From positions 153,067 to 217,066 of the forward strand of contig NMRA01000608.1 of the NCBI GenBank assembly GCA_002633005.1: a stretch of DNA of 64,000 nt, read 5' to 3'. Source of the DNA: Phoronis australis (lineage: Eukaryota > Animalia > Phoronida). Of the stretch, positions 52,195 through 64,000 are shown piece by piece. A model generated the notes under the pieces. It saw nothing but the letters and a program-made list of their open reading frames with translations. It had not been told where the DNA came from and did no database searches. A program made the position numbers and the translations under genes. Within the stretch, counting starts at the first letter, position 1; each line of letters begins with the position of its first letter.

Positions 52195-53845
52195 CACACC
52201 AGGGTCCTCTTCCTGGGGCTAAACAACTGAGAACCCTTTGGATACATGAAGTTGTACCACATGAGTATTTGAACAAAACCACTTTCTTGTTGTTCTGCTC
52301 AACGGATTTTGATGAAACTTTTTCATTTCAGTTTACGATATCAAAGTGACACCACAGAACTTTGGTGCGATAGTGACTTCTCCACCTCCTTGTCTTTCTC
52401 GTTTTACTATTTTCACTGATCCACTTGAAAGTAACCAAACACATCAAGTTGTATTGTAACCTAGTATGTTTTCCAATACAAAGGTCTGTCCTTTGTGTGC
52501 ACCAACGTTTACGTTATTTAACTCAATGAAAGTGAAAGTTTCACCAGTGACAGAAAGTGCGGGAACACATTGTTTAAGAATTTAACACCATTGTTCATTT
52601 TGTGAGGAACACCTCTGTAGAGGATGTCCTATATGTCTAAGAATTTTTAAATTAGTGTAGAACGTGTTTAAATCGTACAGAATTAATCAGACCTGGCTTC
52701 GATTTTCTGGAATCATTATTATTTATTCCATAATAAATGCCATTCGAGTTTCAGAAGTACGTACTTTGTTTCGTACTTTATTTCGAGGACACTTTGGATT
52801 AAATCATGAAAATGCAATTACAGCTTTGCAATGGATCTTTCAACACTCCAATGAATATTCATGATTTCTTACTTTTGCTGTAAAAGTTATTAACCAAAAG
52901 TACTATAAATTAGCAACTCAGCAAAGAACTTCAGGGTCTATATTCTGCCAAATTATACAAAGATCCTGCAAAGGGTTTAGAAGATAAGACAATACATGCG
53001 GAAAAAATCGCTAGGGATTACCTACAGTGTAGTCGAGCATGTCCAAACATTAACATCAGCTGCCACATTCTCATTACAAACAAATCTGGCAATTCTCACA
53101 ATATTTTTGACAGATTGGTGGATACAGAGGTTGACACTAAAAACAGACTCCAAACTTAAAAATCAACATTATGTCCCACAGCATACGTCAAATCTGTTTG
53201 AAAATGGGAAGGCATTGTTGTTTCCTTAATAAAAATGTACTTGCCAAGTTTCATGGAAATCCATCATGAAAATACACGAGAAAACCTAAAAAAAGGTACC
53301 ATCAGCTGGATTGTTCTGAAAGTAGTCATTATCTGTAGTCAACTTCCTAAAAACATATGCCAAATTTCACACAAAGTTCTTGCATAGGGTTAATGGAATA
53401 CAGCCACAGACACAGACACACAAAAATCTCCACTAGGGAACCCCTTCGAAAATCAACATCATCCTCACCTCATCAGGCACACATCTGCAAATTTTCGTAT
53501 TGATCCTTCAATCGGATTGGAAAATACAAACTTGAAAATTTTAAAAATGGACAAAAGGTGGCAAAAATTCATTGTCTCCTGAACTGAAGCCTTTTTGCGA
53601 AATTTTATGAAAATCCATCAAAATATTTCGCAAGTACAAAAAATAAAATTGCCACTAGAAGGCATAGCAGTACTCAGATCAGTAAAAAATTCCTGGTGGT
53701 CATCTTCAAGGAACACATTTGTCAAGTCTCATAAAGATCCTGCAATGGAGGAATTACATCAGCGGATGCACAGACAGAGAGGACTGGCAATATGCATACA
53801 CATATCAATAGGTGGGTGCATAATAAAAGCTTTTCTATTGGAACT

Positions 53846-56800
53846 TTATGCCTTTCCAAATCCATACGACTCGGTGAGTGCACGAGACATCACCACTTTA
53901 AACTCGTCTGGATCTGCCACACCTCTTGGAAAATACATCTTCAGGGAACATGTTGATGAAAAGGGATATCTCATCACACCAGGAGTCTGGTCAAAAAACT
54001 CTACAGTGATTTTCCAATCAAACCCCATTGGTGGTATGTGACCTGCACCAGTCACAAAGGTAAGGAGGTCAGAAAGGGTTCCATCACCTTTATCTGAAAA
54101 CAGAAAAGATGCGTATTTCTTAAAAATATTGGCAAAAGACCACCATCTATACCAGAAATATACACACACATTTGATGACAACTGACAGAGATCATGTCTG
54201 AAGAGCCATTAGCTTCTGAGGCATACTTGCTTTTCAAGATTAGAGTAGAGTGTAAATTCACACCCCATATGAGCCTGCATGAAAGATGAACCTATCACTT
54301 CACAAGGCTCAGATCTAGATCTACGTAAACACATCAGTAAGCCAAACACACACTATGTTATAGTGCCAGGCAGTTTATGTAGGCATTTTTAAGCAACGAT
54401 TTTTTACTTAATTTACCAGTATGAATACTTGAGAAAGCAAATTCTTTTTATCTGTAGGAGATGTGATATTGGGATTTCCCTGAGTTGAAACCTAAAGCAG
54501 TCATTACCTGCTGTTTTACAAAGTTCACGTGAATTATAAACTTACCGAGAAACTCCAATTTTTTTAACGACTGAAGGGGCACCTGGTACCAATTGGCTCA
54601 TTAGCTAATAAAGCTAACATAAGGAACAATGTTAAGCTAATCATAAACAAAAAGACATGTATTTATATATTTATAAGGCATTTAGCTTTATTTTCTTCAT
54701 CCTTAAATCTTTACATCCGTCATGAATTAGTAGAAAAGATTTCATTGTATGTATATAGTACCTTCACAATTTTGAAGGTACACCTCAAAGGAGTGAATGG
54801 TGTCCTTTTCTTCTTGAAGTTTATTACTCCCTGATTCTGACCACTGAACTTGATAAAGCTCCTTGAATGACTTCCTTGTCAAAACCGACTGGGGATTGTA
54901 ACACAGCAGTTTCCACGAGTCTTTGCATTTCATAAACACATTAGACCACATACGGGAAATTGATTCCAAACCCTCCACGAATTGGTCGGAGGCCATTTTA
55001 TTCCTGAAAAATGAATGTTTTGCTACATCATATTTTTTCAGATATGACCTGCTGTGCTCAGTTTGGAGATTTCGAGTTTCCTGAAGATTGGGTAGTTAGA
55101 ACTAATTTACTACAGCTGTGTTGTACCTAATCTTGCTCACTATTGCTTTCTCATTACAACAATTTTCTTTCAGTATTTGTTAAGTTTCCTTATTCAGCAA
55201 TCTGGGAATCCACCATCGACGTTGCTAATAGGCTTGAAAATTGCGTGTTCAATAAAATAGGCATCCAATGCACCCGACTTGCACTGTCTACTAGTAAAGA
55301 TAAAATGAAGAGTGTTGAAGTGCAATTTCTTCATCGCAAACTTTATATTTCCAGTCGCATTTATCAGTCAGCAAGTAGCGCAAGTTATGTTGAATGCCAG
55401 TAGTTAGCAACACAGTCATCAGACCCAGTTGAAAAGTGTCAGCTGTGGCCTTCCCAGGGTGAAGGAGGCAGGGTCCTTCTGAGACTCATAGTACTTAGTG
55501 AGTATTCAGCAGACCAGATTAAAAGCTGATTAATAATTTCTCATTAAACATAAACAAGTGCTATGCAGAGCGCTGATTAAAGTTGTCAATTTCAGAGTAG
55601 ATTAATTCTGTGAAATGCGTTGAAACTGTTTTAAAACTCACACGCTATAGTTACCATTTTGCAAGGCATCAGTGGTGAGTGGTGGGCCAAATAGTATGTT
55701 TACTTGTCCAATAAGTGTAGTCCCAGAAGCTTTTAATACAGAAGGGAAGTGAGTGTTTCTGAGCTTTAGCCAAACTTCAAACACTACATGAGAGAAAAAA
55801 ATTTACCTGTAAAACACAAAGTAGCGGGCTAGCTTGCCAACAACTTCAGTTCTCCTCTCTATATCGAGGCTTTCGCTCAGATCATAGCAGCCATGGTGAA
55901 CTGCCCATTCACCCAGTTCATCCACAACTCTTGTAAGGGATGCGTGATCATGAATGTCAAGAATCTGAAAAGCAATAAGGCTTTTTTGAACATTTGAAGT
56001 AGTATACTTTGCATCAGTAAAATTGAAATAAAAGCTGTTTAAAAGAAGTACGTACAAATTTAACCAGTTCACTTTTCATAAAACTACAAGGTGTGCAGTC
56101 AAGGTAAGAGCTGAACAAACAAAGCAAAAATTCCTTGTATGTAAAGGAAGTTCATAATTATAGTATTAGCTATTATTAAGATGAAGCGATATCTAATTCA
56201 GTTTTACAGTCTTCTTCTCTTCAGTTAGCATACATGTTGGCTTTACAGGTCTGATATTCAATATTTTCCATTTTTGGGCTTTCTAAACACCACATAAGTG
56301 CCGAAAAAGAGGACAATGATTAAAATATGACCAAATAAATGCAAATTAAGGGCCATGTTTCTTGGTGAATACGAGTTTGTGACCTGTGAATTTTGCAGAA
56401 GTGTGTTTCGTGAGCACGAGTCAAGTTTGTGAGTATAGTTGCTGTTTACAGGTAAAAAAGTCATGTTAATAACTAAAGTTCGGAACTATTTTTACGAGTT
56501 CAGGGGTTGAGTTGATACTAATCCTGTACTTCCCGATCATCATTACTTTTACCTTTTGCAGCTTCATCTTTATTTCAATGTCTGGTATATATGACATCAG
56601 GGCATTCGCATCTGTCACTTTCAGACCGACCATAAGCTTAAACAGGTTTTGGCTGAGGCAGTTCATGCCTGGACCACCATGAGCAATGCTCCAACCCACG
56701 AATCTTCCAGAAAGGTAATACGTTTGATTTTCCAGAGCATCGAGAGAAGCCGTGAAAACCAGAGACTTGGGGTTTCCTTCAAAAAGGCCTTTGCCACCAG

Positions 56801-59800
56801 CGATCTCTTTAAGAGGAAGCCTGGAGAACATTATGATATTCAATATATGTTAACATGCAATTCCAAATTTTCATTGTGCAACTTCAAACTATCAACTTGG
56901 AGAAAGTGCTTCCGGGAGACAAAGAAAAGTCCATGGACCTCAAAGTGAGAATACAGCAATCAAAACACACAATGATTGAACAGCAGCAGTTGTCAGTTAA
57001 AAGTACTTTTTTACATTTTAGGGTCCTCCAAAACTTATTAATTTCTGTCAAATCCTGAAACAACTCAAAGACATTTACTAATACTTTTCATGCAATAAAA
57101 TCCGACGTTCTCAAAATTGTTAAAAAATTGTAGAGGTAGCGATCAATATTTTTATAAAGAGAATTTTCAGAATCTTTGAATGCCTCTTTGGAAACTGTTT
57201 TTATATCATTTAAGTCTGGGTGCTCATTGGTAAGGGCGTAGTTGTTAAAGCAGTGGTTGACAACCGTGATTTCAAACTATTTCAATGCACATGTGCAGCC
57301 AAGGGTTCTAAATATGTGCTTCAGCTCAGTATAGTAAGTGCTTTATAAATACAGGGATTGCTATCATTCAAAGGATTTAGAAGCAAAAACAGAGTATAGT
57401 AAATTTTGAGCTTATGTGGGACTTTATTGATATTAATTAGCCAAATATCTTCAAAACTATGGAATTTATTTCAGCAAAAGTATATATTTTCTCAAAACAG
57501 AAACTGTGTAAAATATGTTTTACCTTAAACCAATATGTCATCAGTTAGGTGCTTTTTTAGTTAAACTGAATAAAAATAAAGGTACATTCATTGCAACATA
57601 ACAGGAACAATAACATGACCAATTTCATATCACATACAGGTTTATGATAAAATTTCAAAAACACTGTTGTAGATTTCTAAATTATTGCTTCGTTTAATGA
57701 AACCTGAGATTTTCTCTTTAAAAATTCATATCCTAGTTCTTTGCTCCTCATGCAATTTTGGAACATTTTAAAAACAGTTCCTAACAGTGTTTTGGAGAAC
57801 AGAACATAAAGCATAATACCTGAGCATTTCATGTGAATTTAACCAATGAGATACGAGTTGAACAAAATTTGATATTTTTCTAGGGTCTCTCATAACCCGA
57901 AAGCAAATTTGGACCGCACTTGCCCGGACAAGAAATTTCAAACTTTACCGAAAGAACTCTCTTGTGGGTCCACCATAGTCACTTCCATCCTCCCCACTGA
58001 ATTCTATATATGGCTTGCAGCGAAAACTAAAGCATTCTTTCTTTACTGCATGTAAAGCACTTGTAAAGACAGCCCGGCGATTTATTATTATGGTGGAGTG
58101 GTCGACCTGACTGATGTCAGTCGCAGCAGCCATCCAAAGACTCAGAGTGTCTCCAATCTCTGAGGAAGCTGCAACTTCACTCAGGCTTGCTTGTATGGCT
58201 TCAGCCACCTGGTGGTCCTCTAATTCCTGTTCATTAGGTGATAATTATAAGTATATGTCGTATGTGTTTCTGAAAAAACAAATAAATATAGATTATTACA
58301 TGGCGAAGTCGTTGTCCCCCGTTATCTAGAGCCCGAGTGGATTTTGGAGAATTATCGCCCGAGGGGCATTAGCCCCGAGGGTGATAATTCTCCAAAATCC
58401 ACGAGTCTTTCGTGAAAATGCCAGACAGTTTTCTGAAGTTGCTGGGTACGACATTCTCAGATTTGAACTTATCTTGTTCTTAACAGCGACTCCACAGGAA
58501 CATTGTCTTGGGATTGCTATTTGAAATACTTAAGTGAGTATTTTAGGTAATTTGTAGAGTCGAAACTATATTTTTATTCAAGCTGCCAGCTCGACGATCG
58601 CGCCGGACTAGGCAGCGGCGCATCGGCATTTGCCATCTGGGGTTTAAGCACAATTTTCTGTAGAATGATCGTAATTTAACAACGAAGTTTGATAGCAATG
58701 CGCCAGTTTTGTTGTTTTGTTGAAAGCCTGTCACAGGCTACAGATACATCACGTAGCGTAAATTTGATGAATCCTAGCTTCCGATTTAACCCGTTTCGGA
58801 GACCGAGTATCAACCGCCTTGGGTTAGAATAAGCGCCTCCCCCCGAAACGAGTTTTACTGAGCGCCCCGGGCGCCTTATTACGGCAAATACAGTGCTGTT
58901 TAACTGCCTTAGTAAAGTGAACTATGTTTTCAGTTAGTAAAATCAGGTTCTGATTAGATACCTCTAGCTGAAGTCGGCCAAGGTTTTAAACCTTTTTAAA
59001 AAACTTGACGCGCTTTCCCCAAACTCGACGCGGCAAAATTCAAACTCGTTACCGCCTCCAATCAAAACAGGTCGTGGAGAACACAGATATTATCATGTAA
59101 ACAAACGCTTTAGGTTGTGAAAGTCACACTTCTTTGTGCAAGTTTCAAAATTCAAAACCTACTCGCGTGTGATGACCACAAACATTTAAATACAACAGTT
59201 AAAAACTTTCAAAAAGAAAAATTAGATATACTACTGTCTCCCCAATTTTGATATTTTGGGTATCATTATTTAGAGAATGATAACGTCAGAAGCCTGAGCA
59301 CGTAAGCGCATCCAACCATTTTACATTAATGGGTGTCAACATAGGATTCTCTCCATGAAGAAACAGTAGAAACTCACTTCAACCATATATTTATTAGGGG
59401 CTGCTCAGATTTGAACACACACGCCTGCATTTAACCTGTGTAACGGGAATCGGTGGAGCGACCAGCACCGATCTACCTAGTTTCTAAAATGTCGACTGTT
59501 CGTAGCCGAAAAAAATATTTGCAGCGTTGTGTACTTGTTCACTCGTTCGAATCGCATACGAGAGAACCATGGTGACAACTTATAGAGAGTGAAACAAGAG
59601 AGAAGTAGATAAATATACTGAATTTTATTATGCGATATATATGAAACACAGATCTACAAACTTACAACTCATCGCTAACTTCCGTCGACATCGCAGCTTT
59701 AACTTTTAGCCCAAAGAATTTATAAACAAGAAGAATTCGCTAAAAACGTCAAAGTCCAAATTTAAAAGGTCCAAACAGTTAGTTTTGCTTGGCTGAGATT

Positions 59801-60727
59801 CCTTGCGGATAGAGTCGAGACCCGGCAGAATCCCCAGTTTTAGCGTGAGGGGCCCATTTTTATAGGCTTATTCGCACCGCGAATGTTCCAAATTACGCTA
59901 AAATAGGGGTCTCAAGATAAATGTGAAAACCAATCAGAATAGAACTAAAAATTTCGTCATCGGAAGTTCCATATAAGGAATTGACCATCTTACACCCCTT
60001 TACAATATAATAACACACTCTAGCTTCTGAAACTAAACTGACGACTCGTCCTCACTCACGGCTCCATCAATAGACGGCGCTCCCGTCACACTTGAAATGC
60101 TCTTGATATGGGACAGTGATGCAATACAGTTGGACTGACTCAATCCTCAAGTGCTCACATCAGCTTGTACTTAATAGGTTTATTGACATCTAAAAATTAA
60201 ACACTGGGTTGTTACACTTTCTTGGTATCCCTGAAGTCTTTTGACTCTTGTCCAACCCACTTCCAAGCGTCGAAATTTTTAAGTCTGTAAGCAGTGGGGG
60301 AGCACTCGAGTGACAGTGAAGTCAGTAGGCCCCGTGGGTCACTCAATGACAATTAAGTGCCCATATAGAACTCCCCCCCCTGTTTGCAGTCTACCAGGTC
60401 TGCTAATTGATTAGGGGCATATTGGATCCCGTGCCTGTATAACAAAACCTTGCTAAAAAGTACTGCCTATCTGCAAATTTTTGGTACACGCCTGCCCTTG
60501 TCAACATATGAGTGACCCACCTCCTCGGCCGTAGGCCTAACTAAGCCAAGGGCTGAATGCCATGCATGTAGACTAGTTGGTTTTTACTGAGAATAGTCCA
60601 AATGACAAACTTACGAGTGCCTGAAAGTGGCAGGTGCTGCACTGGAGGCCGCTGTCTCACTCGACTGTTGCTGGGCAGCTCGTTCTGGCACAATCGCCGA
60701 CATTTCAGCAGCGATTTGATTCGCCAT
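53846..60727 (-). CDS. UIM + HECT-domain E3 ubiquitin ligase (G2E3-like HECT); exons 60615-60727 (putative), 57949-58269, 56553-56820, 55807-55964, 54762-55003, 53846-54093; possible premature TAA at 58245-58247
   Basis: FSGEDGSDYGGPTREFFR, GLFEG, HGGPG, QFVEGL, LLTFVTGAGHIPPMGF, PFSSTCSL (catalytic Cys), GFG C-terminus; phases consistent across GT-AG junctions. Confidence 0.8.
58291..58410. repeat. Long hairpin, probable end of a non-autonomous element in a HECT gene intron
   Basis: GTGGATTTTGGAGAATTATCGCCCGAGGGGC-ATTA-GCCCCGAGGGTGATAATTCTCCAAAATCCAC. Confidence 0.75.
59439..59994 (-). mobile_element. Probable LTR (TG...CA) preceded by a short purine tract
   Basis: On the minus strand: AAGGGG, then TGTAAG...CCTATAAAAA (TATA)...AATAAA...GTTACA; no matching TSD. 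Confidence 0.45.
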
Positions 60728-60831
60728 GATTCACCGTTCCCAGACACGTAACCGGTCAGTGAAGAAGTATTTACACGAACGCGCGCGACAGTGAGTTGTA
60801 AAACCGAACGGCATTGGCTAAGAGTAAACAC

Positions 60832-60935
60832 TAAATTACGAGCGTAATTTTACGCCGTAAAAATTAAATTACGCTCGTAATTTTACGGCGTAATTAACGG
60901 CGTAAATAACGGCGTAATGTACATAATTACGTAAT
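60832..60935. repeat. Right subterminal array of the IS3EU-like element
   Basis: AAATTACGAGCGTAATTTTACGCCGTAA...TTACGCTCGTAATTTTACGGCG, same motifs as 47945-48220. Confidence 0.85.
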
Positions 60936-61519
60936 CAATGTTTCAGGTTGGTGAGGGAAAGGTAATTGTATAACACATCAATAACGTCACAAATTTCCTG
61001 TGTTGCACTTTACTGAAATAATTCAGTTACCAGGTAAAACAGCTAACTGTCATCTGTTTTTATTACAGCAAAGTCCTAACAGAGGACCATCGTTGTTTTT
61101 ATGACCCTGCCATAGATAGGGATGTGTTGAAAGACAAAATCGGACAGCAGTTAGAGTGCGTCACGATTCGGGACCGGTTGATGCGGTACAATGATCAAGT
61201 CCAAGAATAGTAAAAGTTTTAATATAAACTCGAATATAAGTCGTGTATTGTAAAAGTAGTAATTGAGATTCAATAATTAGATATATCAAAATGTATTCAC
61301 TGTGAAGTTTTCTCCTATAAAACACCTAGTACTATAAACACAACTTCAATGACGTAATCGTTTCTTGTCTTTGGATGTCAAACAAACTCTTCCAAGTTCA
61401 AAAAGCTAATCACGCCAAATGATATGGAGAAATCAGTCTTGTACTCAAAAACTTGCTCGACAAATGGTTTTGACATTACACGATAGATGGCGGTGTCGTC
61501 CACAACACGCTGACATAAT

Positions 61520-64000
61520 TCTTATTCTTATTCCGACCATCTCTTCCCTCGTAAGGGCTCATAATGCACCGGCAAGGGTCAACTAGTGCAAAGGTCATCA
61601 AATTATCAGCATGTAATTTCTTTTGCAGTTTTAAAGAATTTTATTTCATATTGGTAACCCGGTTGTTGTCAATAACTGTACATAACAATTCCAGCAAAAC
61701 GCACGCGCAGAGTCCATTATTGTCACGCGGTGATAATAACCTAGATACTCTGCGCGTGCAAGCTCAGAGTTTTACTGTTCTACGTATTTTATCTTCTTAT
61801 TTGTATTCTTATTCTTCTTGTTCTTCTTATTATTCCTTCCTTTTTAGATTGTTATTAATCTTACATTGATTCGTTAACAACAATCATATTCATTGTGGTG
61901 GATACGGTAATGAAATAATTTTTGTTCATTATAATATTTTCACCCAAAATGCACCGGAATAACCCGAAACAGGTCAAGGAGTGCATTCTTTTAAAATGCT
62001 TCTTCTAGAGGTTTTTAGATTGACTCTTTGAATTTTGCAAAGCAGTAGGGACTAAGGAAGTGCATCCAAAATTTACTTGGATTTCCAATCGGATAAAGGG
62101 AACTGAGTTTCCGGGTAAAAGGTCATTAAGCGCAAAAATTATTTTTGAGCTAGACCTCTCATAATCATGCATATGATTACCATTCATAAGCGAAGTTCAG
62201 TCGCAAACTTTGGGGTTACTAGGTGCAACTTTGGGGTCATTAAGTGCAATTTTCTGTTAAAGTTATGACTTTTTCAATCAGCACGTACTTAGATAGAGCG
62301 TTCAAATTCATGGTGGTTCAACCAATCGCCGATCAAATTCTATTGATCACATGGATTTGACTCAAAATGCACCAGATTGATCCGAAATGGGTCAAGGAGT
62401 GCATTCCGTCAAATTGCTCCTCCTTCTAAAGGTTTTTAGAGAGACTCTTCAAGTTTTGTTCATAAGTTGGCACTAGAGATCTGCATCCGAAATTAACTTG
62501 GAATTCCAATCGGAAAAAGCGAACCGAGTTTCCGGGTCAAAGGTCATTAAGTGCAAAAGTGATTTTTGAGCTAGACCTTTCATAATCATGCATATGATTA
62601 TCATGCGTAAAAGAAGTTTAGTCTCAAACTTGAGGGTCACTAGGTGCAACTTTGGGGTTATTAAGTGCAATTTTCAGTTAAATTTAAGATATTTTCAATC
62701 AGCTAGTACTTAAATGATGCATTAGGGAGAGCATTCAAATTCATGGTGGTTCAACCAATTGCCAATCAGCTTCTATTGATCACATGGTTTTGGCTCAAAG
62801 TGCACCGGATTGACTCGAAACGGGTCCAGGAACGCATTCTGTCAAATTGCTTCTCCTTCTATAGGTTTTTAGATATACTCTTCAAATTTTGTTTACAAGT
62901 AGGCACTAGATATCTGCATCCGAAATTTACGTGGAATTTAAATCGGATAAAGGGAACAAAGTTTCCGGGTCAAAAGTCATTAAGTGCAAAAGTGATCTTT
63001 GAGTTAGACCTTACATAATCACGCATATACTTTTCATTCTTAAAGGATATTCAGTCACAAACTTTGGGGTCATTAAGTGCAAATGTGGGGTCATTTGGTG
63101 AAATTTTCCGTTGATATTCTTAATTTTCACCCTTGCTCTTTCATAGTTACTAGAGTCATCGCTCAATTCACACAAAGGATGCAACATTTATGCAATATAA
63201 TGCGCCTATACTTCACTACGCTTGTGCATACACCACGTTGTAAGTGTGCATACGCAATTGCATTCTAGTTCTTCTTATTATTATTATTCTTATTCTTCTT
63301 CCTTCCTTTTCAGATTGTTAGTACTTTTACTTTGATTCGCTAACAACTCTCATATTTTCTGTGGTTCATAAGAACATCATTGTTTTTTTTTTCTGATTAT
63401 AATGGTTTAACCCAAAATGCATCGGATTGACCCGAAACGGGTCAAGGAGTGCATTTTTCCAAAATGGTTCTTCTACAGGTTTATAGATAGACTCTTCGAA
63501 TTTTGGTAACAAGTAGACACTAGAGATCTGAATCCGAAATTTACTTAGAATTCCAATCGGATGAAGGGAACTGAGTTTCCGGGTCAAAGGTCACTAAGTG
63601 CAAATGTGATTTTTGAGCTAAGCCTTTCAAAATCAAGCATATAATTACCATTCATAAAGGAAGTTCATTAACAAACTTTGGGGTCACTAGGTGCATCTTT
63701 GGAGTCATTAAGTGCATTTTCTTTTGAATTTTGAATTTAAGACTTTTTCAATCAGCTTGTACTTGAATGATGCATTAGGGAGAGCGTTCAAACTCATGGT
63801 GGTTCAACCGATTGACTATCAAATTCTATTGATTTCATGGATTTGACTCATAATGCGAAGGATTGACCTAAAACGGGTCAAGGAGTACATTCTGTCGAAT
63901 TGCTTCTTTGACAGCTTTTTAGATAGACTCTCCAGATTTTGATAACAAGTAGGCACTTGAGAAGTGCATCCGAAATTTACGTGGAATTTAAATCGGATCA
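61520..64000 (+). mobile_element. Second cluster of the same HINE/DINE-like family, running off the window
   Basis: CACGCGCAGAGTCCATTATTGTCACGCGGTGATAATAA at ~61702 followed by a new 5' end ACTCTGCGCGTG at ~61747, microsatellite and core repeats similar to 34500-35950. Confidence 0.75.

Larger units (their letters stand above)
47920..60930. mobile_element. ~13 kb IS3EU-like DNA transposon with convergent transposase and HECT E3 ligase genes
   Basis: Shared subterminal TTACGCTCGTAA/CGCCGTAAAA arrays at both ends in inverted sense; candidate left terminus TATGGTTGGCC; both genes start just inside the arrays. Exact right terminus and TSD not found. Confidence 0.65.

Overview
AT-rich, intron-containing eukaryotic DNA from a draft assembly with N gaps; it looks like an invertebrate animal, but the organism cannot be determined. 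Host genes are a complete 9-exon DNAJC8 (minus strand, about 254 aa) and a divergently oriented first coding exon resembling CEP162. Several segments appear twice on either side of N gaps and look like co-assembled haplotypes. Comparing them shows two insertion polymorphisms: an internally deleted L1/Tx1-type LINE and a non-autonomous Academ-like element. The rest of the window is mostly mobile DNA: an Academ-type transposon (XPG-like nuclease domain, long TIRs, 3-bp TSD) and relatives, chains of Helentron-associated (HINE/DINE-like) elements next to a herpesvirus-type deubiquitinase fragment, SINEs, MITEs and an LTR. The most notable structure is a ~13 kb element at about 47.9-60.9 kb with two convergent spliced genes, an IS3/IS481-like (IS3EU-type) DDE transposase and a UIM+HECT E3 ubiquitin ligase, bracketed by shared palindromic TTACGCTCGTAA-type arrays. 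All family assignments come from manual motif recognition, not database searches.
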